Origin: Anaeromyxobacteraceae bacterium
GTDB taxonomy: Bacteria; Myxococcota; Myxococcia; Myxococcales; Anaeromyxobacteraceae
Direction of reading: 5' to 3'
Assembly (NCBI GenBank): GCA_047602405.1
Contig: JASGHJ010000002.1
Span: 672,001 to 736,000 of the forward strand
DNA: 64,000 bases
Under the pieces are notes generated by a model. The model saw nothing but the letters and a program-made list of their open reading frames with translations, was not told the DNA's origin and searched no databases. Positions 1 to 15,670 of the stretch are shown here, in pieces. The translations under genes were made by a program, and so were the position numbers. Position 1 is the first letter of the stretch, and the number at the start of each line of letters is the position of its first letter.

Positions 1-1
1 C

Positions 2-553
2 CTCTTCTCGTTCCCGGGGACGCCGGTCGTCTACTACGGCGACGAGATCGGGATGGGCGACAACATCTACCTCCACGACCGCAACGGCGTCCGCACGCCC
101 ATGCAGTGGACCCCGGACCGGAACGCAGGCTTCTCGCGCGCCGATCCCGGGCGGCTCTACGCCGCGCCCATCTCCGACCCGGTCTACGGCTTCCAGGCGG
201 TGAACGTGGAGGCGCAGACCCGCGATCCGTCCTCGCTCCTCCACTGGATGAAGAACACCATCGCGCTCCGCAAGCTCTTCCAGGCCTTCGGGCGGGGCAC
301 GATGGAGTTCCTGCCGGTCGAGAACCGCCGGGTGCTCGCCTACGTGCGGGCCCTCGGCGGCGACGCGATCCTGTGCGTCGCCAACGTCTCGCGCTTCGCG
401 CAGCCCGCCGAGCTCGACCTCTCGCGCTTCGAGGGGCACGTGCCGGTGGAGATGCTCGGGTACACCGAGTTCCCGCGGATCGGGAAGCTGCCCTACTTCC
501 TCACGCTGGCGCCCTACGGCTATTACTGGTTCGAGCTGCGCAAGCCGGGGTAG
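2..553 (+). CDS. treS: Trehalose synthase / maltose alpha-D-glucosyltransferase, C-terminal part (5' truncated by window)
   Basis: Reads LFSFPGTPVVYYGDEIGMGDNIYLHDRNGVRTPMQW...NAGFS...VNVEAQ...PYFLTLAPYGYYWF, a typical TreS C-terminus; no maltokinase fusion. Confidence 0.93.
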   Translation, partial: LFSFPGTPVVYYGDEIGMGDNIYLHDRNGVRTPMQWTPDRNAGFSRADPGRLYAAPISDPVYGFQAVNVEAQTRDPSSLLHWMKNTIALRKLFQAFGRGTMEFLPVENRRVLAYVRALGGDAILCVANVSRFAQPAELDLSRFEGHVPVEMLGYTEFPRIGKLPYFLTLAPYGYYWFELRKPG

Positions 554-564
554 GCTGCCGCCCC

Positions 565-903
565 ATGGCGCGCCACCTCCTCGCGTTCGTCCTCCGCCTC
601 GTCCTCTCCGCCGCCGTCCTCTGGGTCGCGGTGAGCTTCGTCACCCCGGGGAACCCGGCGAACACGTTCGGCACCGCGGTGTTCGTCTCGGTGGTGCTCT
701 CGGTCGCCTACTACGTCACCCTCGCGAAGTTCCTCTGGTTCCTGCTCCTGCCCTGGCTGCTCTACGTCCTCGTCTGGCTCGCGGTCGTGATGGGGACGTA
801 CGGGCTCGGGTTCGGGCGAGCGCTGCTCGTGGCGATCGCGATGACGATCCTGTCGTGGGTCGCCACCGCGATCTCCGGGGTCAAGACCTTCCGGTCGGAG
901 TAG
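565..903 (+). CDS. Small 4-TM membrane protein (phage-holin/YvlD-like)
   Basis: ATG at 565 (MARHLLAFVLRLVLSA...); four hydrophobic segments; TAGGCT -10-like box 8 nt upstream. Confidence 0.7.
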   Translation: MARHLLAFVLRLVLSAAVLWVAVSFVTPGNPANTFGTAVFVSVVLSVAYYVTLAKFLWFLLLPWLLYVLVWLAVVMGTYGLGFGRALLVAIAMTILSWVATAISGVKTFRSE

Positions 904-908
904 CCGGG

Positions 909-3734
<2,826 letters not shown>

Positions 3735-3776
3735 GGGGCGAGAAGGAAAGCACGGCCCCGCGCCGAGCGGAAGGGC

Positions 3777-5319
3777 TCAGCCCGTCCGGTCGAAGAAGCT
3801 CCGCGAGCTCCCGGAGCCAGGCCGCGGCGTCCGCCCCCGGCGCGCCCGGCTCGAGGCGCCAGGTCCAGTTGCCGCCCAGCGTCGACGGCACGTTCATGCG
3901 CGCGCCCGAGCCCAGCCCGAGCACGTCCTGCATGGGGATTACCACGTCGTCCGCCACCGAGCCCTCGAGGGCCCGGATCATCGCGAGGTGGATCTCCCGC
4001 CCGCCGCCCGGGCCGAGGCCGAGGTACGCGCCCGCGAACGCCTTCTCCCGCGCGACGTCCTCCGCGCTGCGGACGCTCGCGCCCGCGCCGCCCTCCCACC
4101 AGCCGACCACGGTGTCGTTGTCGTGCGTGCCGGTGTACGCGACCGTGTCCGGCGCGTACGCGTGCGGCCGGAAGGAGGGGGCCTGGGGATTGGCGCCGAA
4201 CGCGAACTGGAGGATGGCCATCCCGGGCAGCCCGGACCCGCGGCGCAGCGCCTCCACCTCCGGCGTCACGACCCCGAGGTTCTCGGCGACGAGCGGCAGC
4301 GCCCCGCCCAGCCCGGCCCGCAGCGCCTCGAAGAACGGCGCGCCGGGGCCGGGGACCCAGCGGCCGGAGGACGCGTCCGGCGCGGCCGCGGGGATCTCCC
4401 AGTACGCCTCGAAGCCGCGGAAGTGGTCGAGCCGGATCCGGTCCACCCGCGCGAGCACGCCGCGCACCCGCTCGATCCACGTCCGGTGCCCCTCCGCCGC
4501 CGAGGCGGCCCAGTCGTGCAGGGGGTTGCCCCACCGCTGACCGGTCGCGCTGAAGTAGTCGGGCGGCACGCCCGCCACCGCCACCGGGGCGCCCGCGCCG
4601 TCGAGGCGGAAGAGGTCGGGGCGGGCCCACACCTCGGCGGAGTCGTGGGCGGGGTAGAGCGGCAGGTCGCCGAGGAGCGCGACGCCACGGGCGCGGCAGC
4701 GCTCGCGCAGCGCGAGCCACTGCCGCTCGAAGCACCACTGCACGAACGCCTCCTCGAAGCGGGCGCCGTCGAGGGCGTTCCGGGCGTCCCGGAGCGCCGC
4801 GGGGTCCCGCCGGGCGAGCGGCGCGGGCCAGAGGGGCCAGGCGGCTCCGCCGTGCGCGTCCTTGAGCGCGCGGAAGAGGGTCCAGTCGTCGAGCCAGGCG
4901 GCCTCGCGCGCGCGGAACGCGGCGAGATCGGCGGCCCGCGCCGCGGGGGCGGCGGCGCGGAACCGGGCCGCGGCGAGCGAGAGCCGCGCCCGTTTCCAGC
5001 GCTCGGCCTCGGCGAGCGCCGCGTGGCCGGCGGCCCCCTCCGGCGCGCCGGCGAGGTCGGAGGGCGCGAGCAGGCCCTCCTCCCGGAGCGCCTCGAGGGA
5101 GACCAGCACCGGGTTCCCGGCGCGGGCCGAGAGCGCCTGGTACGGCGACTCGCCGTAGCCGGTCGGGCCGAGCGGCAGCACCTGCCACAGCCGCTGCCCG
5201 GCCGAGGCGAGCCACTCGACGAACCGGTGCGCGCCGGCGCCGAGGTCGCCCGCGCCGTGGGGCCCCTCGAGCGAGGTCGGGTGCAGGAGCACGCCGCTCT
5301 TGCGGTCGCGGAGGCTCAC
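3777..5319 (-). CDS. malQ: 4-alpha-glucanotransferase (amylomaltase, GH77); apparent +1 frameshift ~3797 just before the stop
   Basis: GTG 5319 overlaps the upstream stop; SGVLLHPTSL, WQVLPLGP, GVPPDYFSATGQRWGNP, RLDHFRGF, AENLG, YTGTHDNDT, MNVP..GNWTWR. Removing one T gives ...ELFDRTG-TGA at 3777. Confidence 0.93.
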
Positions 5320-6026
5320 AGGTGCTGGATCCGGTCCTCGGGCTCGGCGCCGTCGCCGTCCGCCTCGGGGCGCCCGAGCCGGTCGATGGCCCGCGCCACC
5401 GCGTCGCGCGCGCCGAGGCCGACCGCGAGCGCGCAGGCGAGCGCGAAGGCCCCCACCACGATGGAGAACCCGATGGCGGGCAGCTGGCCCCCCACGCCCA
5501 CGTGCTGCAGCGCCATCGCCGAGGCGAGCGCGGCGATGACCACCTTCGCGGCCGAGGCCGCGAGGCGCGCCTGGCGGAACCCGGCGTTCACGAGCGCGAT
5601 GAGCACGTTGCGCTCGATGAGCCGGGCGATGCCCACGCCGGCGAGGAACACGAGGAGGCCGATCACCAGCCGGGGCAGGAGGGTGAGGAGCGCGAACCCG
5701 AAGGAGGAGACGCTCGTGCCGAGCACCTCGAGCGCGAGCGCCACCCCGCCCGCCGCCACGAGCCAGAACGCACCCGCCGCGACGAGCCGCGACGGCTCGC
5801 GCGAGGGCTCGAGCTCCATGCCGCTCGTGAGCCCCCACTCCCGGGCCCGCCGGTCGAAGCCGATGCGGGAGAGCCCGGCCCGGAGCGCCACGCGCAGCGC
5901 GGCGCCGAGCAGGACCGCGCCGAGGATCACGATCAGCATCGCCACCACCCCGGGCAGGTCGGCGGCGATGACCACCTGCAGGCGCGCGAAGGCCTCGGCG
6001 AGGACGGCTCGGATCTGGTCCAGCAT
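5316..6026 (-). CDS. MscS-type TM-helix repeat (CmpX-like) membrane protein
   Basis: Two repeated TM units (LPGVVAMLIVILG / LPRLVIGLLVFLAG) and C-terminal ALAVGLGARD motif. Confidence 0.7.
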   Translation of the reverse strand: MLDQIRAVLAEAFARLQVVIAADLPGVVAMLIVILGAVLLGAALRVALRAGLSRIGFDRRAREWGLTSGMELEPSREPSRLVAAGAFWLVAAGGVALALEVLGTSVSSFGFALLTLLPRLVIGLLVFLAGVGIARLIERNVLIALVNAGFRQARLAASAAKVVIAALASAMALQHVGVGGQLPAIGFSIVVGAFALACALAVGLGARDAVARAIDRLGRPEADGDGAEPEDRIQHL

Positions 6027-6035
6027 GCGAGGCTC

Positions 6036-7246
6036 CTATGGGCTGAACCGATCCGGCCAGCGCCAGCGGGTGATGAGGTAACGCTTCTCCAGCTCGAAGG
6101 CGGTGCACAGCCGCTCCACCCGCGCGTCGGCCTCGCCGGGCGCGAGCGGGCCCACCTCGTTCGCGAACCCGGCGAGCCAGCCGAGGTAGAGGGGCGTCAT
6201 CGAGCGCAGCAGCTGGGAGCGGTCCATGACCTTGAGCCGCCAGCCGACCGCGAAGTCGTAGACGATGCGCGCCCAGAGCGCGTCGGGCATGCGGAACGCC
6301 TCGGGCGGCTCGGTGGCGAGGCGCCCGAGCGCGTAGAGCGTCTGCGGCGGCAGCACCGCGCTCCAGAGCGGCCGGAGCTCGCGCGAGGCGAGCGAGAACG
6401 TCTCGAGCAGCGGCCGCGGCGCCGGGACCGCCTCGTGGCCGCCGGCGTCCGGGCGCGGTGGCGGGTGCTCGTCCCCCCAGGTCGCGACAGGCCGGGAGCC
6501 TTGCACCCGCTGCCAGGCCGGCGCATGGGTGTTCATCTCGTGGAACACGAGCCCGAGCACGTCCGCGATCGCGCGCGAGACGTCGGGCGGCTGCTCGGGC
6601 GGGACCGGGCGGGGGCCGAGGAACACCTGGGCCACCCGCGCGTCGGCCACGAGCGCCTTCGTCACCACCCAGAGGTCGGCGCCCGCGTGCCCGGGGTCGG
6701 TGCGCCAGTCCACCGAGGCGAGCAGGTGCTCGCAGAGCCGCCGGGAGAGCACGAGCTCGCGGCCGAGCGGCTGGCGCAGCCGGTGGCCGAAGAGCGCCGG
6801 GTGAGCGGGTAGACGATGCCGGTGACGAGCACGCCCTCGAACCGGCCGCGCGCGTAGCTCGGCGCCACGAGGTCGTAGTGCTCGTCGAGCACCGGCTGCA
6901 GCAGCGCGCGCAGCCAGCCCGGGTCCGCGGGCCGCGGCAGGGGCTCGAGGAGCGCGCACGCGGGGGCGCCGCGCGAGACGGCGAGCTCGAGGAGCGCCGG
7001 CAGCGCGGCGTCCGGGCCGCCATGACCCCCCGTGTAGACGACCGCGGGGTGGTCGCGCTCCTCCGCGTGCGGCGCGGCGCCGTCGAGCACCACCGCGAGG
7101 GTCGGCCGGTCCGGGAAGGCCTGGCGCAGCACCCCCTCCGCGGCGAGCGCCGAGCGCCGCGCGCCGCCCCCGTCGGGCGGCACGGTCGGGATCCCGACGA
7201 CGACGTCGACCGCCGGGGGCTCGCCGGTCCGGGAGGGGTCGAGCAC
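6036..7246 (-). CDS. Glucosylglycerate-synthase-like GT2 family protein, degenerate; -1 frameshift ~6799
   Basis: DVVVGIP, YDLVAPSYARGRFEG...IVYPLTR|ALFGHRLRQPLG, LWARIVYDFA, PLYLG. Two ORFs join by restoring one G (CGG GCG). Confidence 0.75.
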
Positions 7247-7304
7247 GCTCCGGAAGGTAATGCGCCCGCCTGGCCCGGGTGAGCGGCCAGGCGGGCAGGC
7301 ACCC

Positions 7305-10600
<3,296 letters not shown>

Positions 10601-10705
10601 GACTCACATGGTTGTCATGATTTGGATCAAGCGTGAAGACATTCCGGAATCCGCACAGTTACGTTGTTCAAGGTGTGTCAACCCGCTTTGGTCAATCTGT
10701 AAATC

Positions 10706-10734
10706 TTGAAAATGACGTGCTGCGTCCGTACCTT
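10706..10734 (+). promoter_or_regulatory. Putative sigma70 promoter of the RamB-like regulator, within an AT-rich divergent control region
   Basis: TTGAAA-17 nt-TACCTT followed by a GGAGG RBS before ATG 10766. Confidence 0.5.
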
Positions 10735-10765
10735 GTGAGCCTCCTGGAGGGCAGCACCCCCGGTC

Positions 10766-12214
10766 ATGCCCGAGCCCGTCCACCTCGGCGCCCGCGTGCG
10801 CGCCCTCCGCCGCGAGCGCGGCCTCACCCAGGCCCAGCTCGCGGAGCGGCTCGGCATCAGCGCGAGCTACCTGAACCTCATCGAGCACAACCGGCGCGGC
10901 CTCTCCGCGCAGCTCCTCATCAAGCTCGCCGACGTCCTGCAGCTCGATCTGCGCGCGCTCTCGCAGGACGGCCAGGATCGAACGGTCGCAGACCTGATGG
11001 AGGCGTTCGGGGACCCGGTCTTCCGGCCGCACGACCTCACGAACGCCGAGGTCAGGGAGCTCGCGAACGGCACGCCGTCCGCGGCCCGCGCGGTGCTCAC
11101 GCTCTACCAGGCGTACCGCGCCGCCCGCGAGGCCGCCGACATGCTCGCCGCGACGCTCTCCGACGGCGACCTCGGCGGGATCGACTCGACCCACCTCCCC
11201 ACCGAGGAGGTCTCGGAGCTCCTGCAGCGCCACGGCAACCACTTCCCGGAGCTCGAGGAGGGCGCCGAGGCGTTCGGACGGGACGCGCGCGGGGCCGAGG
11301 ACGTCGGGACCGCGCTCGTGCGCGCGCTCGGGAACCAGGGCGTGGAGGTCCGGGTGGCGCGCGCCTCGGCCATGGGCGGCGCGGTGCGCCGCTACGACGC
11401 CGAGGCGCGGGTCCTCTCGCTCTCCGAGGTGCTCCGCCGGGGCAGCCGGAACTTCCAGCTCGCGTACACGCTCGGGCTGCTCACCCAGGGCCCCGTGCTC
11501 GACCGGCTCCTCTCCGGCCCGCACCTCACGAGCGGCGCCTCGCGCGCGCTCGCGCGGGTCGCCCTCGCGAACTACTTCGCCGGCGCGGCGCTCATGCCGT
11601 ACCGCCCCTTCCTCGAGGCGGCCCGCACCGAGCGCTACGATCTCGATCTGCTGGGCCACCGGTTCCGCACGAGCTTCGAGCAGGTCTGCCACCGCCTCAC
11701 GACGCTCCGGCGGCCCGGCGCCGAGGGCGTGCCGTTCCACATGGTGCGGGTCGACATCGCCGGGAACATCTCGAAGCGCTTCAGCGGCTCGGGCCTGCGC
11801 TTCGCGCGGTTCTCCGGCGCCTGCCCGCGGTGGGCGGTCTTCGAGGCGTTCACGACGCCCGGCCTCTTCCGCACCCAGCTCTCCCAGATGCCCGACGGCG
11901 CCACCTACTTCTCGGTCGCGCGCACGGTGCGCCGCGAGAGCGGCGGCTTCCACGCGCCGCGCTCGGTGGTCGCCATCGCGCTCGGCTGCGAGGCCTCCCG
12001 CGCGCGGGAGCTCGTGTACGCCGACGGCGTCGACCTCGACTCGCGCGAGGCGGTCGTGCCGGTCGGCGTCACCTGCCGCCTCTGCGAGCGGATGGACTGC
12101 GAGCAGCGGGCGTTCCCGCCGCTGCAGCACCCCCTCGAGGTGAACGCGGACGTCCGGGGCGCCTCCTTCTACGCACCACCCGGACCCAGGGGAGGGCCTC
12201 GCCAGGGGCCGTAA
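10766..12214 (+). CDS. XRE-family short-chain fatty acyl-CoA regulator (RamB/ScfR/PrpR type)
   Basis: N-terminal HTH (LTQAQLAERLGISASYLNLIEHNRR), ANYFAGAALMPY, SFEQVCHRLTTL, GACPRW, C-terminal CRLCERMDCEQRAFPP; divergent from the glyoxylate shunt gene. Confidence 0.92.
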   Translation: MPEPVHLGARVRALRRERGLTQAQLAERLGISASYLNLIEHNRRGLSAQLLIKLADVLQLDLRALSQDGQDRTVADLMEAFGDPVFRPHDLTNAEVRELANGTPSAARAVLTLYQAYRAAREAADMLAATLSDGDLGGIDSTHLPTEEVSELLQRHGNHFPELEEGAEAFGRDARGAEDVGTALVRALGNQGVEVRVARASAMGGAVRRYDAEARVLSLSEVLRRGSRNFQLAYTLGLLTQGPVLDRLLSGPHLTSGASRALARVALANYFAGAALMPYRPFLEAARTERYDLDLLGHRFRTSFEQVCHRLTTLRRPGAEGVPFHMVRVDIAGNISKRFSGSGLRFARFSGACPRWAVFEAFTTPGLFRTQLSQMPDGATYFSVARTVRRESGGFHAPRSVVAIALGCEASRARELVYADGVDLDSREAVVPVGVTCRLCERMDCEQRAFPPLQHPLEVNADVRGASFYAPPGPRGGPRQGP

Positions 12215-12247
12215 TAACCCTCCACCCCCGGCGTAGTCGGGGGTGTC

Positions 12248-12427
12248 ATGCGCACCGGCATCGCCATCGTCGTCCTCGGTCTCACGCTGCAAGCCGGCTT
12301 CCTCCTGGCCTCCGGCAGGCCGCCCCCGCCTCCGCCGCCGCCGAAGGCCGAGTCGCTCCACGTGAACGAGGAGATCGTCGTGCAGGGCCACCGCCCGGCC
12401 CGGCACGTCGCCGCGAACGCGCGCTGA
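12248..12427 (+). CDS. 59-aa exported Pro-rich small protein (not in ORF track)
   Basis: MRTGIAIVVLGLTLQAGFLLASGRPPPPPPPPKAESLHVNEEIVVQGHRPARHVAANAR*; fills the intergenic gap with GC3-rich codons. Confidence 0.65.
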   Translation: MRTGIAIVVLGLTLQAGFLLASGRPPPPPPPPKAESLHVNEEIVVQGHRPARHVAANAR

Positions 12428-12452
12428 CCTGGCTCGCCCGGCTGCGGCCGAC

Positions 12453-13803
12453 TCAGCTCGCCGCGACGCCGAGCGGGTGCGCGTAGGGCGGCTCGAGCCG
12501 CACCGGCGCGCGGCCCGCCGCCCGGGCCCGCAGGAACAGGAACCGGTCGCGCTCGAGCGCGCCCCCGAGCGCCTCGGCGAGGCGGTCGAGGCGGGCCGCC
12601 TCCGTGCGCGCGGCGCGCGCCACCGCCTCGTCGAGGGCCACCCCCCGCCGCACGAGCGCGGCGAGCCGCGCGGCCATGCCGTCGCGCTCGCGCTCGAGCG
12701 CCGCGAGGTCGTCCCGGGCGCGGCCGATCGCCTCGAGCCGCCGCCCGTACGCGGCGGCCTCGCCGGCGCGGACGCGGTCCCAGGCGAGCTGCGCCTCGAG
12801 CGCGCCCTCGCGCCCCGCGAGCCGGCGGCCCGCGAGGTCGAGCGCGAACGCGGCCGCGAACGGCGCCGCGGCCACGAGCACCCCGGCGGTCCACGGGCCC
12901 GGGAGGGCCGAGGCGACCGCGAGCAGCGTCGCCGCGAGCGCCGCGAGCGCCGAGCCCGCGGCGTCCCTTCGGGTCGAGCCCTCGCCGAGCGCGCGGCCCG
13001 CGCGCCGGAGCGCCGCGAGCGCGAGCGCGACCGCGCACGCGGTGATCCCGCCGGCGAAGGCGACCGCGGCCCCGGCGGCGATGGGGGCCTCCGCGGCGGC
13101 GAGGACGAGGTCGCCGGGCGCGCCGAGCGCGCCGAGCGCGGGGAGGGCGAGGCGCCAGGCCTCGGCGAGCCCCACCAGGGCGGCGAAGCCCTGCAGCGTG
13201 CGGGCCGGCAGCGGATCGGGGACCTCCGGCCGCCCGAGCTGCTCGGGCGTCGCGAGGATCCGGGGCGGGGTGACCACCGCGCCGCTCGCGACGTCCGCCT
13301 CGAGCGCGCGCACGAGCCGCTCGGCGCGGTCCCGCGCGGCCTCGACCCGGCCGTCGAGCTCGGAGATGCGCTCCTCGGCGTCGCGCACCGCCGCCGCCGC
13401 GTGCGGCCCCTCGCGCTCGGCGAGCGTGCGCAGCCAGCGCGGGCGGCTCTCGCCCACCGCGGTCGCCGCGGCCGAGCGCGACGCCGCCGGCCGGGGCCGG
13501 GCGACCGCCTCGCCGTCCGCGATTCTCGATCGTGGCGGGCAGCTCCCTGAGCGGGACGGGCAGGCGCGCCGCGTACCCGGCCAGGCGGTCCCGCAGGAAG
13601 TCGTCGACCGCGACGCCGGCACGCACCGCGTCGCGCGCGGCGAGCCGCGCCGCGAGCTCGGAGCGCGACACCCGTGCGGGCGGGGCGGAACGCGGCAACT
13701 TGACGGTGGGTCGCCCGAACCGCTCCCGGACCGCCGCCACGGCACGTGCCGCGAGGATCCTCAGACCGTTACGCCCCACCACCGTCGCACGCGATTCGCC
13801 CAT
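12453..13803 (-). CDS. Hypothetical membrane protein with coiled-coil segments; +1 frameshift ~13523
   Basis: ORF starting MGESRAT joins the 12453 frame at ATIE|IADGEAV if one A is removed (GAGAATC to GAGATC); four Ala-rich TM segments flanked by coiled coils. Confidence 0.6.
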
Positions 13804-13965
13804 TTGAACCGTCCCTCCCGTCCAAGGGCGAACCTAGGGAGCGGCGGGAGGGCCGGGGAGCGGCCCTGCGGAGGGTGAGCGGCCCTCCCCCTTCGAGCCT
13901 GTCCCGAATCCGTCCACGGGCCACGGGATAGCCCCATCGAATCCGGCGGACCTAACCTCCTCGAC

Positions 13966-14331
13966 GTGCCGAAGCGCATCCTCATCGTCGACGACAACGA
14001 CGTCCTCCGGAACCTGCTCGCGCAGTGCCTGGAGTACGCCGGCTACACGCCCATCGGGGCGGAGTCGGGCGAGGCCGCGCTGAAGCTCATGGCCGAGGAC
14101 CCGCCGGACCTTTGCGTCGTCGACCAGGTGATGCCGGGCATGACGGGCGCGGAGCTCATCCGGGCCCTGCGCGCCTCGCAGGACGAGCGGCTCCGCGCGG
14201 TCCCCGCCATCGGCCTCTCCGGCTGGGAGGAAGGCGAGGAGGCGCTGCTCGAGGCCGGCGCCGCGCGCGCGCTCAAGAAGCCGTGCGGCGTCGAGCCGCT
14301 GCTCGAGCACGTCCGCGAGCTCGCCGCTTAG
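13966..14331 (+). CDS. Single-domain response regulator (CheY-like)
   Basis: ILIVDD, DLCVVDQVMPGMTG, LKKP. Confidence 0.92.
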   Translation: MPKRILIVDDNDVLRNLLAQCLEYAGYTPIGAESGEAALKLMAEDPPDLCVVDQVMPGMTGAELIRALRASQDERLRAVPAIGLSGWEEGEEALLEAGAARALKKPCGVEPLLEHVRELAA

Positions 14332-15515
14332 CCCCTCGCGTAGCTCTCCATCGCCCCCGCGACCGCGGCGCCCGGCTTCGGGCCCTTGCCCTGTTTCGCG
14401 AGCGCCTGCTCGAGCGCGGCGAGCACCGCGAGCACGTTCTCCTGCCGCGCCGACTCGCCCATGAGCCCGACGCGCCAGACCTTCCCGGCGAGCGGGCCGA
14501 GGCCGCCGCCGATCTCGATGCCGTGCTCGAGGAGCAGGGCCTTCCTCACCGCGGCCTCGTCGATCCCGGCGGGGACCTTCACGCAGTTGAGCGTCGGGAG
14601 CCGGCGGCCCTCCTGCGCCTGCGGCGCGCAGCCGAGCGCGCCGAGGCCGGCCATGAGCGCGGCGGAGTGGCGGCGGTGGCGCGCGAAGCGGGGCTCGAGC
14701 CCCTCCTCGAGCACGAGCCGGAGCGACTCGCGCAGCGCGTAGGCCATCGAGATGGGCGCGGTGTGGTGGTACACGCGCTTCCCCTCCGCCCAGTAGTCCG
14801 CGACCATGCCGGCGTCGAGGTACCAGCTCTGCACCTTCGTCTTCCGCGCGCGGACCGCGTCGAGCGCGCGCTGCGAGAGGCTGAGCGGCGCGAGGCCGGG
14901 CGGGCAGGAGAGGCACTTCTGCGTGCCGGAGTAGCAGGCGTCGACCTCCCAGGCGTCGAGCTCGACCGGCACGCCACCGAGGGAGGTGACGGCGTCGACG
15001 ACGAGGAGCGCGCCGTGCGCGTGGCAGAGCTTGCCGAGCCCGGCGATCGGCTGGTGCGCGCCGGTCGAGGTCTCGGCGTGCACGAGCGCGACGAGCTTCG
15101 GCTTCTCCTTCGAGAGCGCCTCCTCGATGCGCGCGTGCTCGATGGTCTCGCCCCACGGGACCTCGAGCTTCACGACCTTCGCGCCGGCGCGGCCCGCGAT
15201 GTCGACCATGCGGGTGCCGAACACGCCGGCCACCACGATCACCGCCGTGTCGCCGGGCTCGAGGAGGTTGACGAGCGCCGCCTCCATGCCCGCCGAGCCG
15301 GTGCCGGAGACCGCGATCGTGAACGGGTTCGCGGTGCCCATCACGTACCGGAGCGCGGCCTGGATCTCGTTCATGATGACGAGGAAGGCCGGGTCGAGGT
15401 GGCCGACGAGCGGCGTCGACATCGCGCGCAGCACGCGCGGGTGGACCTGGCTCGGGCCGGGACCGAGGAGGAGGCGGGACGGGGCGGCGAGCTCGGGCAG
15501 GGTGGGGGCGGGCAT
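14328..15515 (-). CDS. Alanine-glyoxylate / serine-pyruvate aminotransferase (class V PLP)
   Basis: LLGPGPS, SGTGSAGMEA, VHAETSTG, VDAVTSLGG, YSGTQKCLSCPPG, YHHT; GGAGG RBS. Confidence 0.93.
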   Translation of the reverse strand: MPAPTLPELAAPSRLLLGPGPSQVHPRVLRAMSTPLVGHLDPAFLVIMNEIQAALRYVMGTANPFTIAVSGTGSAGMEAALVNLLEPGDTAVIVVAGVFGTRMVDIAGRAGAKVVKLEVPWGETIEHARIEEALSKEKPKLVALVHAETSTGAHQPIAGLGKLCHAHGALLVVDAVTSLGGVPVELDAWEVDACYSGTQKCLSCPPGLAPLSLSQRALDAVRARKTKVQSWYLDAGMVADYWAEGKRVYHHTAPISMAYALRESLRLVLEEGLEPRFARHRRHSAALMAGLGALGCAPQAQEGRRLPTLNCVKVPAGIDEAAVRKALLLEHGIEIGGGLGPLAGKVWRVGLMGESARQENVLAVLAALEQALAKQGKGPKPGAAVAGAMESYARG

Positions 15516-15670
15516 GTCGACCTCCAGTCGAGGCGTTCGCGGCAAGGGAGTGTCGCACACCCGCGCAGTGAATGGACCGCGACCTTGCGCCGTCCCCGGC
15601 CGGGCGGGGGTTGACCCGCCCGGGCCCGCCACGCGAGCCTGGCCACGAACGCCGCACCGGGGAGCCCACG

